DNA of 64,000 nucleotides. Source: Flavobacteriales bacterium. GTDB lineage: Bacteria > Bacteroidota > Bacteroidia > Palsa-965. Location: positions 12,290 to 76,289 of the forward strand of contig JBEIPA010000025.1 in NCBI GenBank assembly GCA_040377305.1, written 5' to 3'. The notes beneath the pieces were generated by a model. That model made no database searches and was not told the DNA's origin. It saw only the letters and a program-made list of their open reading frames with translations. Position numbers and translations under genes: made by a program. This document shows, in pieces, positions 48,709 through 61,104 of the stretch (the stretch's first letter is position 1; every line of letters begins with the position of its first letter).

Positions 48709-51700
48709 ATGAAAAAGGCACTCTTCGCCGCAGCATTGCTTCTCTCTGTTTTCACCCTGAAAGCACAACAGCTCGCAAAACCATCTCAGACTGAAATTTC
48801 TACGTTGCCTGCATGGGCACAGGAAATGTATAGCGATGATCCGAACGTCTATCGCACCGATTCGCTGTACAACAACTGGTACAGTTCACACACGTTTGTC
48901 AAAACATACCACACACAGTACTATCGTTTCTGGAGACGAAAAAATATCATGTGGGTGAATGAGGATGGTCTCATTCGCAAACCCGTATCTCAGGCGTTCC
49001 GCACTACGCAACCGGTTTCTTCCAGTTTGGCGCCATGGGCTTTAATCGGACCCGAGCGAGTTTGGGGAGAAGATGGAGGCAGGCAGGGACAACAAACGAA
49101 TGTGTATTCTATTTCTGAATGTGCATCGTCACCTAATGTATTGTTCTGCGGCACTGAGCCTGGTGAGATTTATAAATCAGTTGATGGTGGAGCGAATTGG
49201 GCTTGCGTAAGCGGAAGTGAGCAACTCGACGGTGGTGTTGCTGCGATTTGTGTCGATCCGAATGATTCAGCGAAAGTATTCGCAGGCAGTGGCGATTTGC
49301 TGATGGTGAGCGATGATGCAGGTGCTACCTGGAACGTTTCATTCGCATTGAATAGTCTCTGGGTGAATGAAATTCTTATTCATCCAGGCAATTCAAATTG
49401 CGTGATGTTTACCTCTGAAAAAGGTTTCTACAAAAGTTATGATGGCGGACAGACGTGGACACAGATCTATTCGCAATCCTGTTGGGATGTGAAGATGCGC
49501 CCGAACTCACCGAACCACGTTTATCTTTTGAAAACAAATCCGGCACAACAGATGTGTGAGTTCTATCTGTCAACCGACACCGGAACAAGTTTCACACAAC
49601 AAACCGCTGGCTGGTATTCTTCCTCCAACAGCGCGCGCTTCGATGGAGGTGCACGTCTCGCAGTTTCTCCGGATGATCCGATGCGTGTTTATGCGTATCT
49701 CATTGGTGATTCAAAGCCGAATGATTACGGATTCATCGGACTCTACCGCAGCAATGATGGCGGTGTTACGTGGAGTTTACCCAATGGTCCTGCTGGTGGT
49801 CCATACAATGCAGCACATTTGAATCTCGCATACGGAAGTCCGACGTGGACATACAATCAAGGCTATTACAATTGCGCAATTATGGCCGACCCGAATGATG
49901 CGGATGAAGTTTTGATTGGAGGATTGAATTTATACCGCACAACCGACGGTGGAGCAACATTTACTTCAGTTGCGGGCTACGTTGGTGGTCCACTCGACAT
50001 GCACGTTGACATGCAGGATTTTCGTCCCGGAACAAATGGTGTCTGGATTACCAATGACGGTGGTATTTACTACTCCACTGATTTCTTCACGAGCGACAAT
50101 CAGGTGAAAATGGATGGTGTACACGGATCCGACTTCTGGGGATTTGGTCACGGCTGGAACGAAGATGTGATGGTTGGTGGTTTATATCACAACGGGAACA
50201 TTGCTCATCACGACAATTACGGAGTCGGAGAATTTCTTCAGCTCGGCGGTGCAGAACCTCCATCGGGTTATGTCAATCCGGGTGATAACAGACAGGTATA
50301 CTCGTCGGAGCTTGGTGGCGTTTATTTGCCGACTGCAATTGGACAACCACTGCAATGGTCGAGTATTGGCATGTGGCCGAATGAAAGCTACTGGGCTTGC
50401 GAATCAAGTGATATGATTTTCGATCCAACGTGCTACAACATTGCGTGGATTGGTAATGAGAACAAATTGTATAAGTCTACCGACGGAGGTGGATCGTACA
50501 ACCTTGTTCACGCATTCGGATCTAATGTGAACGCACGACTCAGCTACTTTGAAATCTGCAGAACGAATACCAGCGTAATGTATGTTGTACAACGTCCTGC
50601 TTCCGGCAACACAGGCTTCCTATGGAAAACAACAGACGGTGGATTAACGTGGACACAACTCACGATTCCATCCGGCACCAGCAGAAGAATTATTCTCACT
50701 GTTTCACCTTCTGATGAAGATTCCTTGTGGATTTCATATCCCGGTGGAGCAAACGGATCGAAAGTATTTCTTTCTGGTAATGGCGGCACATCGTGGACGA
50801 ACTTGTCTACATCCTTGCTCGACAATCAGGAAGGACGTTCCATTCTTTGTGTGGGCGCTACGAACGGTGGAGTTTACTATTGCACCAATTCTACTGTGTA
50901 CTATCGAAACAACACCATGTCGAATTGGATCGTTGATAATTCCGGACTTCCCGTATTCATGAATACATTATACGCTCGTCCGTTTTACCGTGATGGAAAA
51001 ATCCGCGTGTCGACATACGGCCGTGGTATTTGGGAAAATCAATTGATTGATCAACCATCGCATCCACTGGCTTTACCACAAGTTGATAAGCTGAATTATG
51101 TTTTGAATTGTACCGCAGATACATTCCACTTCGAAGATCATTCGGTTCTGAATCACACAGGTGCAAGCTGGTCGTGGAATTTCCCTGGTGGATCTCCGGC
51201 TACCTCAACGCAGCGAAATCCCGATGTAGTTTATTCTACTCCGGGCACCTACACCGTTACATTGACTGTCACCGATGGCAATGCACAAAGCGACAGTGAA
51301 ACTTTGGTTATCACAGTAAGTGCTTATCAAAACAACACCAATCTCCAGGAAGGATTCCAGACTGCATTTCCTCCTCAGGGATGGTGGCAGGAAAATCCGG
51401 ATAACGGTCCGCAATGGTCGGTGTCTACACAAGCAGGCGGTTACGGACAGTCGACGCAGTCATGCATTTTTGACAACTACACCTACGACAGTCAGGGAAC
51501 AACGGACGACATGCGCATTCGTGTTGACATGACACAACAGATTTCATCGCTGATGTTCTTTGATTATGCTTACGCCGAATACGGATTCCCATACAGCGAT
51601 TCGCTCGAAGTTTTGGTTTCGCTGGACTGCGGTGCAACGTTTACTTCGCTCTGGCGAAAAGGAGGAAGTCAGCTCGCAACAGCTCCATCAAATCAAAGTG

Positions 51701-52122
51701 CCACGTTTGTTCCTACTTCGGCACAATGGGCAACAGACAGCATTGATCTTTCTGCCTATGCAAATCAAACCGATGTTCTGATTGCATTCCGAAACTACGG
51801 ACATTGGGGACAGGCTATGTACGTTGACAACATCAACATCGGCACTTCCCTTTCAGTTTCCGCTCCCGTTGTTACAACTGGTAATGCAATGCTCACTCCG
51901 GGTGCGATTACCGAGGGACAATTATTTACGTTGTACACCTCGAGCACAGAAACATTCAAAGTTGAAATTCTAGATCAGAATGGAAAGCAGGTTCATCTTG
52001 GACTATATACCCATGGACAATCGATTGAAACCGGAACATTGCCGGCGGGAGTGTATTTCTGGAGAGCATCTTCTGATTCCATGATCAGAATGGGTAAAGC
52101 CCTCGTTGTATCGCACAGGTAA
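48709..52122 (+). CDS. BNR/VPS10-sortilin-like propeller protein with PKD, jelly-roll domain and T9SS type-A CTD
   Basis: Many S.DGG.TW Asp-boxes; WSWNFPGGSP PKD; SLDCGATF; LPAGVYF. Confidence 0.9.
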   Translation: MKKALFAAALLLSVFTLKAQQLAKPSQTEISTLPAWAQEMYSDDPNVYRTDSLYNNWYSSHTFVKTYHTQYYRFWRRKNIMWVNEDGLIRKPVSQAFRTTQPVSSSLAPWALIGPERVWGEDGGRQGQQTNVYSISECASSPNVLFCGTEPGEIYKSVDGGANWACVSGSEQLDGGVAAICVDPNDSAKVFAGSGDLLMVSDDAGATWNVSFALNSLWVNEILIHPGNSNCVMFTSEKGFYKSYDGGQTWTQIYSQSCWDVKMRPNSPNHVYLLKTNPAQQMCEFYLSTDTGTSFTQQTAGWYSSSNSARFDGGARLAVSPDDPMRVYAYLIGDSKPNDYGFIGLYRSNDGGVTWSLPNGPAGGPYNAAHLNLAYGSPTWTYNQGYYNCAIMADPNDADEVLIGGLNLYRTTDGGATFTSVAGYVGGPLDMHVDMQDFRPGTNGVWITNDGGIYYSTDFFTSDNQVKMDGVHGSDFWGFGHGWNEDVMVGGLYHNGNIAHHDNYGVGEFLQLGGAEPPSGYVNPGDNRQVYSSELGGVYLPTAIGQPLQWSSIGMWPNESYWACESSDMIFDPTCYNIAWIGNENKLYKSTDGGGSYNLVHAFGSNVNARLSYFEICRTNTSVMYVVQRPASGNTGFLWKTTDGGLTWTQLTIPSGTSRRIILTVSPSDEDSLWISYPGGANGSKVFLSGNGGTSWTNLSTSLLDNQEGRSILCVGATNGGVYYCTNSTVYYRNNTMSNWIVDNSGLPVFMNTLYARPFYRDGKIRVSTYGRGIWENQLIDQPSHPLALPQVDKLNYVLNCTADTFHFEDHSVLNHTGASWSWNFPGGSPATSTQRNPDVVYSTPGTYTVTLTVTDGNAQSDSETLVITVSAYQNNTNLQEGFQTAFPPQGWWQENPDNGPQWSVSTQAGGYGQSTQSCIFDNYTYDSQGTTDDMRIRVDMTQQISSLMFFDYAYAEYGFPYSDSLEVLVSLDCGATFTSLWRKGGSQLATAPSNQSATFVPTSAQWATDSIDLSAYANQTDVLIAFRNYGHWGQAMYVDNINIGTSLSVSAPVVTTGNAMLTPGAITEGQLFTLYTSSTETFKVEILDQNGKQVHLGLYTHGQSIETGTLPAGVYFWRASSDSMIRMGKALVVSHR

Positions 52123-52334
52123 CCAGAATCGGATTGAAAGACATTCCGGAATTTTAAGCTGAAATATTTGTCATTCACTTTTGGTGAAATATTACTGAAG
52201 AAAACGTTAGAGCGCCTAACGTTTTCTTCAGTTATTGTACATCCGAGCATGTTCAAAAGTCCGTGTACCAAATCGTGAAGCGCAGGAAATAAACGCTTAC
52301 CTTGATTGACATAACATTACTAATTACTCTTTAT

Positions 52335-52625
52335 ATGAAGAAAAAACTATTTTTTATTCCGGCCGTATGCCTTCTGCTGTTTGCAGGGCGAGCAGCGGCT
52401 CAGTCATCCAGTGAAGCAGATAAGTCACAGTCACAAACGACTGTTTACACTGCTGAACAAGTTACTATTGATGCGAGAATCCCTTCAGCGTATCAGTTCC
52501 TGATCGGTTTGTGTGATTTGAAAGACAACGTATACTACATGCCGAGAACGAAATTTGTTGAGCTTACAGAGCAACAACAGAATTACGTACGAAACAACAG
52601 TTCACTATTTGTGATCAAAGACTAA
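52335..52625 (+). CDS. Small secreted hypothetical protein
   Basis: Signal peptide ending AAA-Q; 26 bp upstream of the glycine-rich gene. Confidence 0.7.
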   Translation: MKKKLFFIPAVCLLLFAGRAAAQSSSEADKSQSQTTVYTAEQVTIDARIPSAYQFLIGLCDLKDNVYYMPRTKFVELTEQQQNYVRNNSSLFVIKD

Positions 52626-52651
52626 TCAACTCTTTACCTAATTCCCTCTAC

Positions 52652-55480
52652 ATGAAAAAAAATATACTCACGTTGGGTGCTGCGTTGATGATCATTGGAT
52701 CTCACGCGCAAACATTCAACTTCACAGGAGCGACACAAACCTATACGGTGCCGGCTCTTGTAACTTCCATTACGATTGATGCACGCGGTGCTCAAGGTGG
52801 CGGAAGCTTCAATGGCGCTGGCGGACTTGGCGCTCAAATGACAGGAACTTATGCAGTAACGCCTGGACAAGTGTTGACCATTATTGTTGGTGAGCAAGGA
52901 CATTTGCAAGTTGGTGGTAACGCACAGAACAGCTCTGGCGGCGGCGGCGGAACATTTGTTTACGACGCTTCTGGTCCTACTTTATTAGTTGCTGCTGGTG
53001 GCGGTGGCGGAAAATGTAATTATACATCTTCCGGACCTCTGCACGCTGATGCAGCTGGACAGATTGGAACTTCCGGCGGAGCTTCTTCTGATGGAGCAGC
53101 TGCAGGTGGAGTTGGTGGTAACGGTGGTGCCGCGGGACTTTGGTCCAGCGTACCATGTGCTGGTGGTGGTGCCGGTTGGTTATCTGTTGGCGGTGGTCCT
53201 TATGGTGGCTTCAATGCTCCAACCTGGGCTGGTGGCACTGGTTACTGCGGTGGCGGTGGCGGTGGCTGCGGTGGCATTGGTGGATACGGCGGTGGCGGCG
53301 GTGGTGGAAATCACTACGGCGGCGGCGGCGGTGGCGGCGGCTACTCTGGTGGCGGCGGCGGAACTGATCCAACACACGGTGGTGGCGGTGGTTCTTACAG
53401 CATCGGAACAGCACAGGCAAATACTGCAGGTTTTCAAACAGGAAACGGGCAAGTAATTATTGCGAATGCTAACCCATGCGTTGGTGATGTAACTCCTCCT
53501 ACATTTACAAATTGTCCTCCTACATCTTCAGTAAGCAACAACGCAGGTATTTGTGGTGCTGTTGTGAACTTCACTGCACCTACAGCTACAGACAACTGTC
53601 CGGGAGCAACAGGAACACAAACATTCAACTTCACAGGAACGCCACAAACATTTACAGTTCCGGCTGGTGTAACTTCAATTACCATTGATGCACTCGGAGC
53701 TCAAGGTGGCGGAAGCTTCAATGGCGCTGGCGGACTCGGTGCAAGAATGAATGCAACGTATGCAGTAACACCTGGTCAGGTGCTCACAATTATTGTTGGC
53801 GAGCAAGGACATTTACAAGTTGGTGGTAACGCACAGAACAGCTCTGGCGGCGGCGGCGGAACATTTGTTTACGACGCTTCTGGTCCTACTTTATTAGTTG
53901 CTGCTGGTGGCGGCGGTGGAAAATGTAATTACACATCTTCCGCACCTCTGCACGCTGATGCAGCTGGACAGATTGGAACTTCTGGTGGCGCTTCTTCTGA
54001 TGGAGCAGCTGCAGGTGGAGTTGGTGGTAACGGTGGTGCTGCAGGACTTTGGTCTAGCGTACCATGTGCTGGTGGCGGAACCGGTTGGTTAACTGCAGGC
54101 GGTGGTCCTTATGGTGGCTTCAATGCTCCGACATGGGCTGGTGGCACAGGTTACTGCGGTGGCGGTGGCGGTGGCTGCGGTGGAATTGGTGGATACGGCG
54201 GTGGCGGCGGTGGTGGAAATCACTACGGCGGCGGCGGCGGTGGCGGCGGCTACTCTGGCGGCGGCGGCGGAACTGATCCTACACACGGTGGTGGCGGAGG
54301 TTCTTACAGCATCGGAACATCACAGGCAAATACTGCAGGATATCAAACAGGAAATGGTCAGGTAATTATTGGATACAACGTTGTTTCACCAACGGTTGCA
54401 CAAACATCTGGCTTGCCTTCAGGTTCTACATTCCCTGTTGGTTCTACAGTTAATACATTCACAGCAACAGATCCATCAGGCAACGTTGCAACGTGCACAT
54501 TTACAGTTACGGTTACAGACAATGAAAATCCTGTACCAAGCGTAGGTGTATTACCAACAATGACTGACGAGTGTTCTGTAACGCTTACAGCTCCAACTGC
54601 AACAGATAATTGCGGAACTCCTACAGTAAGCACACTTGATCCTACATCATACTCTGCAGAAGGTACATACACAGTAAACTGGGTCTACACTGATGCAGCT
54701 GGAAATACTGCAGCACAAACGCAGACAGTAATTATCGATGATGTTACCGCTCCACTGATTGCTGGTTGTCCTTCCAATATCACGTTGACTGCGAACAATG
54801 CAGGTTGTACAGGAATTACTTCATGGACATCACCAACTGCAACAGATAACTGCGCAGGTTCACCTACAGTTACTGCATCACATACGCAGGCATTCGCATT
54901 CCCGGTGGGAACAACTACAGTAACGTACACATTTGACGATGGTAACGGAAACACTTCTGCATGTACGTTCGATGTTACAGTTACGAATGACGCAGCGGCA
55001 ACACTTACAATTGCGAACGATACCGTGTGTATTGCAGACGGTGCATTTACAATTACAGGTGAATCCCCTGCAGGCGGAACTTTCTCAGGTCCTGGCGTAA
55101 GTGCCGGAACATTTGATCCTGCAACTGCAGGGGTTGGTACACATGCAATTACTTACATGTATACAGATGCAAATGGATGTTCGGCTAGCGCTGTTACAGA
55201 TTCAATTTACGTTGACATCTGTACAGGTTCACAGAACATGACTGCAGCTTCACAGTTTGCAATCAATCCGAATCCGAACAACGGCACATTCACACTTCAG
55301 CTCAACAGTGCTTCTGATGCAGTAGTAGTTATCTACGATGCACAAGGAAAACTCGTGAGCACGCAGAAAGTGAACAACAACAATTCACAAATCACAATTG
55401 CTGATTCAGGAATGTATCTGATCACTGTAATTACTGCAGATGGTCAGAGCACTTCGCAACGCGTAATTGTGCAGGAATAG
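52652..55480 (+). CDS. T9SS cargo with two ALK/LTK-type glycine-rich domains plus HYR/Ig-like stalk
   Basis: FNFTG..QT.TVP..V...IDA.GAQGG, VAAGGGG, GGGGGYSGGGG, GGGGSY; PTATDNC and FPVG.T HYR repeats; NPNPNNG...IYDAQGKLV...RVIV. Confidence 0.88.
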   Translation: MKKNILTLGAALMIIGSHAQTFNFTGATQTYTVPALVTSITIDARGAQGGGSFNGAGGLGAQMTGTYAVTPGQVLTIIVGEQGHLQVGGNAQNSSGGGGGTFVYDASGPTLLVAAGGGGGKCNYTSSGPLHADAAGQIGTSGGASSDGAAAGGVGGNGGAAGLWSSVPCAGGGAGWLSVGGGPYGGFNAPTWAGGTGYCGGGGGGCGGIGGYGGGGGGGNHYGGGGGGGGYSGGGGGTDPTHGGGGGSYSIGTAQANTAGFQTGNGQVIIANANPCVGDVTPPTFTNCPPTSSVSNNAGICGAVVNFTAPTATDNCPGATGTQTFNFTGTPQTFTVPAGVTSITIDALGAQGGGSFNGAGGLGARMNATYAVTPGQVLTIIVGEQGHLQVGGNAQNSSGGGGGTFVYDASGPTLLVAAGGGGGKCNYTSSAPLHADAAGQIGTSGGASSDGAAAGGVGGNGGAAGLWSSVPCAGGGTGWLTAGGGPYGGFNAPTWAGGTGYCGGGGGGCGGIGGYGGGGGGGNHYGGGGGGGGYSGGGGGTDPTHGGGGGSYSIGTSQANTAGYQTGNGQVIIGYNVVSPTVAQTSGLPSGSTFPVGSTVNTFTATDPSGNVATCTFTVTVTDNENPVPSVGVLPTMTDECSVTLTAPTATDNCGTPTVSTLDPTSYSAEGTYTVNWVYTDAAGNTAAQTQTVIIDDVTAPLIAGCPSNITLTANNAGCTGITSWTSPTATDNCAGSPTVTASHTQAFAFPVGTTTVTYTFDDGNGNTSACTFDVTVTNDAAATLTIANDTVCIADGAFTITGESPAGGTFSGPGVSAGTFDPATAGVGTHAITYMYTDANGCSASAVTDSIYVDICTGSQNMTAASQFAINPNPNNGTFTLQLNSASDAVVVIYDAQGKLVSTQKVNNNNSQITIADSGMYLITVITADGQSTSQRVIVQE
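52709..54372 (+). repeat. ~755-bp intragenic direct repeat (52709-53463 and 53618-54372; offset 909 bp)
   Basis: Near-identical DNA of the two glycine-rich domains. Confidence 0.92.
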
Positions 55481-55501
55481 TAAATTCAATTTTTGAAATG
55501 G

Positions 55502-55542
55502 AAAGGCTCATTCCCGACTACAGTCGGGATGGGCCTTTTTTT
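55502..55542 (+). terminator. Intrinsic terminator
   Basis: AGGCTCATTCCCGACT/AGTCGGGATGGGCCT stem followed by a T tract. Confidence 0.85.
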
Positions 55543-55639
55543 ATGCCCTCTAAAATCCGTGCTGACCTGTTTTCTTTTGTGTTAAAGAAAAAGGGAACCC
55601 AGAAAAAAAGGATGGTACGGATATACACGGATTCGCTGA

Positions 55640-55850
55640 CTAATCAACAACGAGCGTGTAAGTGGAAATTCTGTTTTCCGTATTCACCAAATCGAAATAC
55701 AGTCCTGCGCCATACGCTGAAAGATCAATGGTGCTGTCATGGGTATGGAACAACACTCTACCCGACCCATCGGTAATTGCGAATTGACTCGTGGGCGTTA
55801 TATTCAACAAGCTGAATATTCCTGTAAATGGATGTGAAGCAATCGAGTGT
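55640..55850 (-). pseudogene. Orphan degenerate T9SS type-A CTD fragment
   Basis: HPFTGIFSL...ITDGSGRVL...IDLSAYGAGLYF...TYTLVVD; no signal peptide; different frame from the upstream gene. Confidence 0.6.
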
Positions 55851-56462
55851 TTAATGGTGTACTGCAAATTTGCCTTGTACAGTGCGACCGTCTCCCGATC
55901 CTGCAATCGTGAAAACATATACACCTGCAGGAAACTTCGCTGTAATTACATGGAAGTAATTCGATTCCGTAATGCTGCTCATAATTTTCACCCCTGCTGT
56001 ATTGTAAACCGAAAGCTCGTGCTGTTGCCCTTGATCATTATCAAAATAAATTCTTGTCTCCGCGTTAGCAGGTTGGGGTTGCACCTGATATCCGTTCTGC
56101 AGCGCAATAATCTTAACGGAAACGACCTGAGAAAATCCCTGTCCACCGAGCTCCAGCTTGTAGTAGTTCACACTGTTAAATACAGGATCTGAATCTGTGA
56201 AGCTATAGTTCTGCGGTTCGGAAACACTGCCACATACTCCGGAAATTTCTCCGATCATCGTAAAGTTTAAGCTATCTGTAGAACGATAAATCTGAATCCC
56301 GCTACACGTACTGCCAGCAATAATTGTCCACGACAGATAAGTTTGCCCGTTGATTTCAGCCACAGAAAAATTACTCAGCATCGGATGAGTCTGCGCAGCA
56401 CCTGAAGTGTACGTTGCCGCCACAATCAAGAGAACAAGAATCAGATTTCTAATGTATTTCAT
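55851..56462 (-). CDS. Small T9SS type-A cargo (Ig-like domain plus CTD)
   Basis: LSW, IYRSTD..NF..IG, YSFTD, YYKL; PQPA...VYNTAG...PAGVY. Confidence 0.85.
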   Translation of the reverse strand: MKYIRNLILVLLIVAATYTSGAAQTHPMLSNFSVAEINGQTYLSWTIIAGSTCSGIQIYRSTDSLNFTMIGEISGVCGSVSEPQNYSFTDSDPVFNSVNYYKLELGGQGFSQVVSVKIIALQNGYQVQPQPANAETRIYFDNDQGQQHELSVYNTAGVKIMSSITESNYFHVITAKFPAGVYVFTIAGSGDGRTVQGKFAVHH

Positions 56463-56734
56463 GCTGTATGGAGATTTCGAACGCACTGCATCACAAAGTT
56501 AGTCATTTACGAGGAGTGAACTTGCTGATCGACACTTCTGTAATTGCGACTTAACCCGTGGATAATAGTTCGGTTAAATCTTCTACTCACATTAATTATT
56601 CATCTTTAAAATATTCCTTCCTGGCTTTCCGCTGATTAAAATACGCGACAAAGATCAAGGACAACGGAAAGAAAAGTATGATGAATATCCATTTGAGGAG
56701 AGACAGCAGCACCTTCATAGACTATTAATTTTAG

Positions 56735-57229
56735 TTATTCCTTCCGGACCGCATAAAGCAGTTGATCCAACAATTCGCCATTCCTGATTATCGCTTTCTC
56801 TAAACGCGATTCCAACTTAAAGCCAGCCTTCTCCAGAACGCGATGCGATGCCGGATTACTGCTGTATGGTTTTGCCAAAATCCGATTGATGTCGAATTTT
56901 TTAAATGCTTGTTCCACAATTTCGCGGACCGCTTTCGACATGATTCCTTTTCCCCAATACTCTTCAGCCAACCAGTAACCAAGCTCTGCGCTATTATTCA
57001 TCTCCTCTTTTTGTGGGCTTATCCCGATTCCTCCCACTGCTGAACCATTCACTTCAATCGCGTAGTAAAGAATAGCCTTATTCCCAATTACCTTTTCAAG
57101 AAACGCCTTCCATTTGTCCCTGCTATCCGGGAATCCATCCGACATAAAATCTGTAATCTGCTTTCCCGCGGACATTCCGGTAACACGGTCCAGATCCTCG
57201 ATCGTCCAAGGTCTTAGTTTACATTCCAT
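56735..57229 (-). CDS. GNAT acetyltransferase, RimJ/RimL family
   Basis: AELGYWLAEEYWGKGI, NPASHRVLEKAGF. Confidence 0.92.
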   Translation of the reverse strand: MECKLRPWTIEDLDRVTGMSAGKQITDFMSDGFPDSRDKWKAFLEKVIGNKAILYYAIEVNGSAVGGIGISPQKEEMNNSAELGYWLAEEYWGKGIMSKAVREIVEQAFKKFDINRILAKPYSSNPASHRVLEKAGFKLESRLEKAIIRNGELLDQLLYAVRKE

Positions 57230-57246
57230 TCCTGTAAATGTACCAA

Positions 57247-57284
57247 AAGAAAAAACGGCTGATGATTGCTCACCTGCCGTCTTT
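57247..57284 (-). terminator. katG terminator
   Basis: ACGGC...GCCGT stem with a T tract on the minus strand. Confidence 0.6.
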
Positions 57285-57298
57285 GATATTCGTTCAGC

Positions 57299-59527
<2,229 letters not shown>

Positions 59528-59710
59528 TTAGAACGGTTTCAGTATACAAGACTACGATCAATCGTTATCAAAACGAATGATATCAATCAATATTCGGAAT
59601 TATATTATAGGAACACACGAAATTTCTGCCGATGGGCGTATCAACAGAATCTATAGACCGCCTAAAACCTATCGAAAGTGCCTATTCCCGGATTTTAGGG
59701 TGATAAAATG

Positions 59711-60517
59711 TTACTCTTTCAGGCACGAGTCTGCCTTGCTCTTGTATAATTCACCTTCTACTCTATTTCCCATCAGCATATAAACAGCGCTGATGTTGTT
59801 GTAATGTCTCTTCAGGTCCTTGTGCCCTTCGCCACGCTGAAGAACTTTATTGCTGAGTGCTTTTTGAAAATACACCAGCGATGAATCATATTCCTTTTGC
59901 TCGCGGAATGCGTTACCCAGACCAACATACGAGTCAATAATCTGCACACTCGAATCACCGAACACGACAGATCGGATTTTCATTGCACGTCTGTGCGCGT
60001 CAATCGATTTGTCGAATTCCTTACTTCGCAGATAAACGTTTCCGATGTTGCCGTAGCTCGTCGCAACTTCCGAGCTGTTTTCACCTAACACCCGCAAACG
60101 GATTGCCAACGACCTGTTGTGATAAATCAGCGACTGCTCATAATTCTCTTCTGCTGCACAAACAACTCCAAGACTAATGTATGTTGTTGCAATCAACAGA
60201 TTATTACTATCCAGCTGATGCAGTCCAACCGACAAAGCAGAGTCGAGGTAAATTCTTGCTTCGTCATATTTATCCTGACGCGTAAGAATAACTCCGACCT
60301 GAGTATATGCATGAACAAATAATTCATGCTCTCCGAAATTACCGGATTCAATCCCTGCCTTCTTGTAATAGACCAGCGCACTATCGGGTTGCATGTTCTT
60401 TTTGAAATCGTCGGCCTTCCCGCAGTACAAAGCAGCCGAGGATGCTGTTTGCGCATGCAATTGATTCAACACTGCGAAGAAAACACAAACCGAGAAGGCT
60501 ATTCTGATGAGCTGCAT
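59711..60517 (-). CDS. Secreted TPR-repeat protein
   Basis: Signal peptide; 42-aa TPR_12-like repeats (ATSYGNIGNVY, SLAIRLRVLG). Confidence 0.85.
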   Translation of the reverse strand: MQLIRIAFSVCVFFAVLNQLHAQTASSAALYCGKADDFKKNMQPDSALVYYKKAGIESGNFGEHELFVHAYTQVGVILTRQDKYDEARIYLDSALSVGLHQLDSNNLLIATTYISLGVVCAAEENYEQSLIYHNRSLAIRLRVLGENSSEVATSYGNIGNVYLRSKEFDKSIDAHRRAMKIRSVVFGDSSVQIIDSYVGLGNAFREQKEYDSSLVYFQKALSNKVLQRGEGHKDLKRHYNNISAVYMLMGNRVEGELYKSKADSCLKE

Positions 60518-60648
60518 GAACCAAATGTAGTTCAGCGTTCCCGCTTAATCTCCGTAAGTAATTTAAGCGGACTGAATCTCCTGTGAAAGGAAGTTCACGT
60601 GTCTGAAGGAGGTCAAAACTACCTCCGGAGATGAGTTTTCCTGAAACA

Positions 60649-61059
60649 TTATTTGTCAATCAGACTAATCCATTCCTTAATAGCCAATTTCAATTCCTTT
60701 TCCTTTGACTTGATATCGGCTATGTCGTGAAAATGAATCAAGCGTCTTCCATCGGTATAGTCGCCCTCCAATAATTTGGTATTCTTTTTTATTCTCATTC
60801 CCGTTGGCAGCACGCACATGATTTTGTCTTTGCGCAGATTCATTACGAGCATGTCGCGCTTATATTCCTTGGGATCGAAATCTTTCATTTCACCCGAATA
60901 GTAAAATGCCGGAGAGTTCCATTTGATGTGTTCAGCAATCTGCTTGTCCATAGACAGCATCAACTTACGCAGATATTCAATAGCAGGTTGTAAATCCTTC
61001 GATAGTTTCGCGATATGCTGATCAACCTGTTCGCTTTCTGTAAGTTTTGCTTTTGCCAT
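60649..61059 (-). CDS. DUF1801 (YdhG-like) protein
   Basis: EHIKWNSPAF, LLEG...RR, IKEWI. Confidence 0.85.
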   Translation of the reverse strand: MAKAKLTESEQVDQHIAKLSKDLQPAIEYLRKLMLSMDKQIAEHIKWNSPAFYYSGEMKDFDPKEYKRDMLVMNLRKDKIMCVLPTGMRIKKNTKLLEGDYTDGRRLIHFHDIADIKSKEKELKLAIKEWISLIDK

Positions 61060-61104
61060 GATTAGGATTCTCCCCGAATTATGTAAATGTATGGACGGAT
61101 CTCC

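Noticed and set aside
52709-54372. DGR template/variable repeat pair
   Set aside because: Both copies are in-frame domains, the differences are not adenine-specific and no reverse transcriptase is present
59550-59675. OxyR or PerR site upstream of katG
   Set aside because: AT-rich with partial ATnG/CnAT words, but the N7 spacing does not fit convincingly
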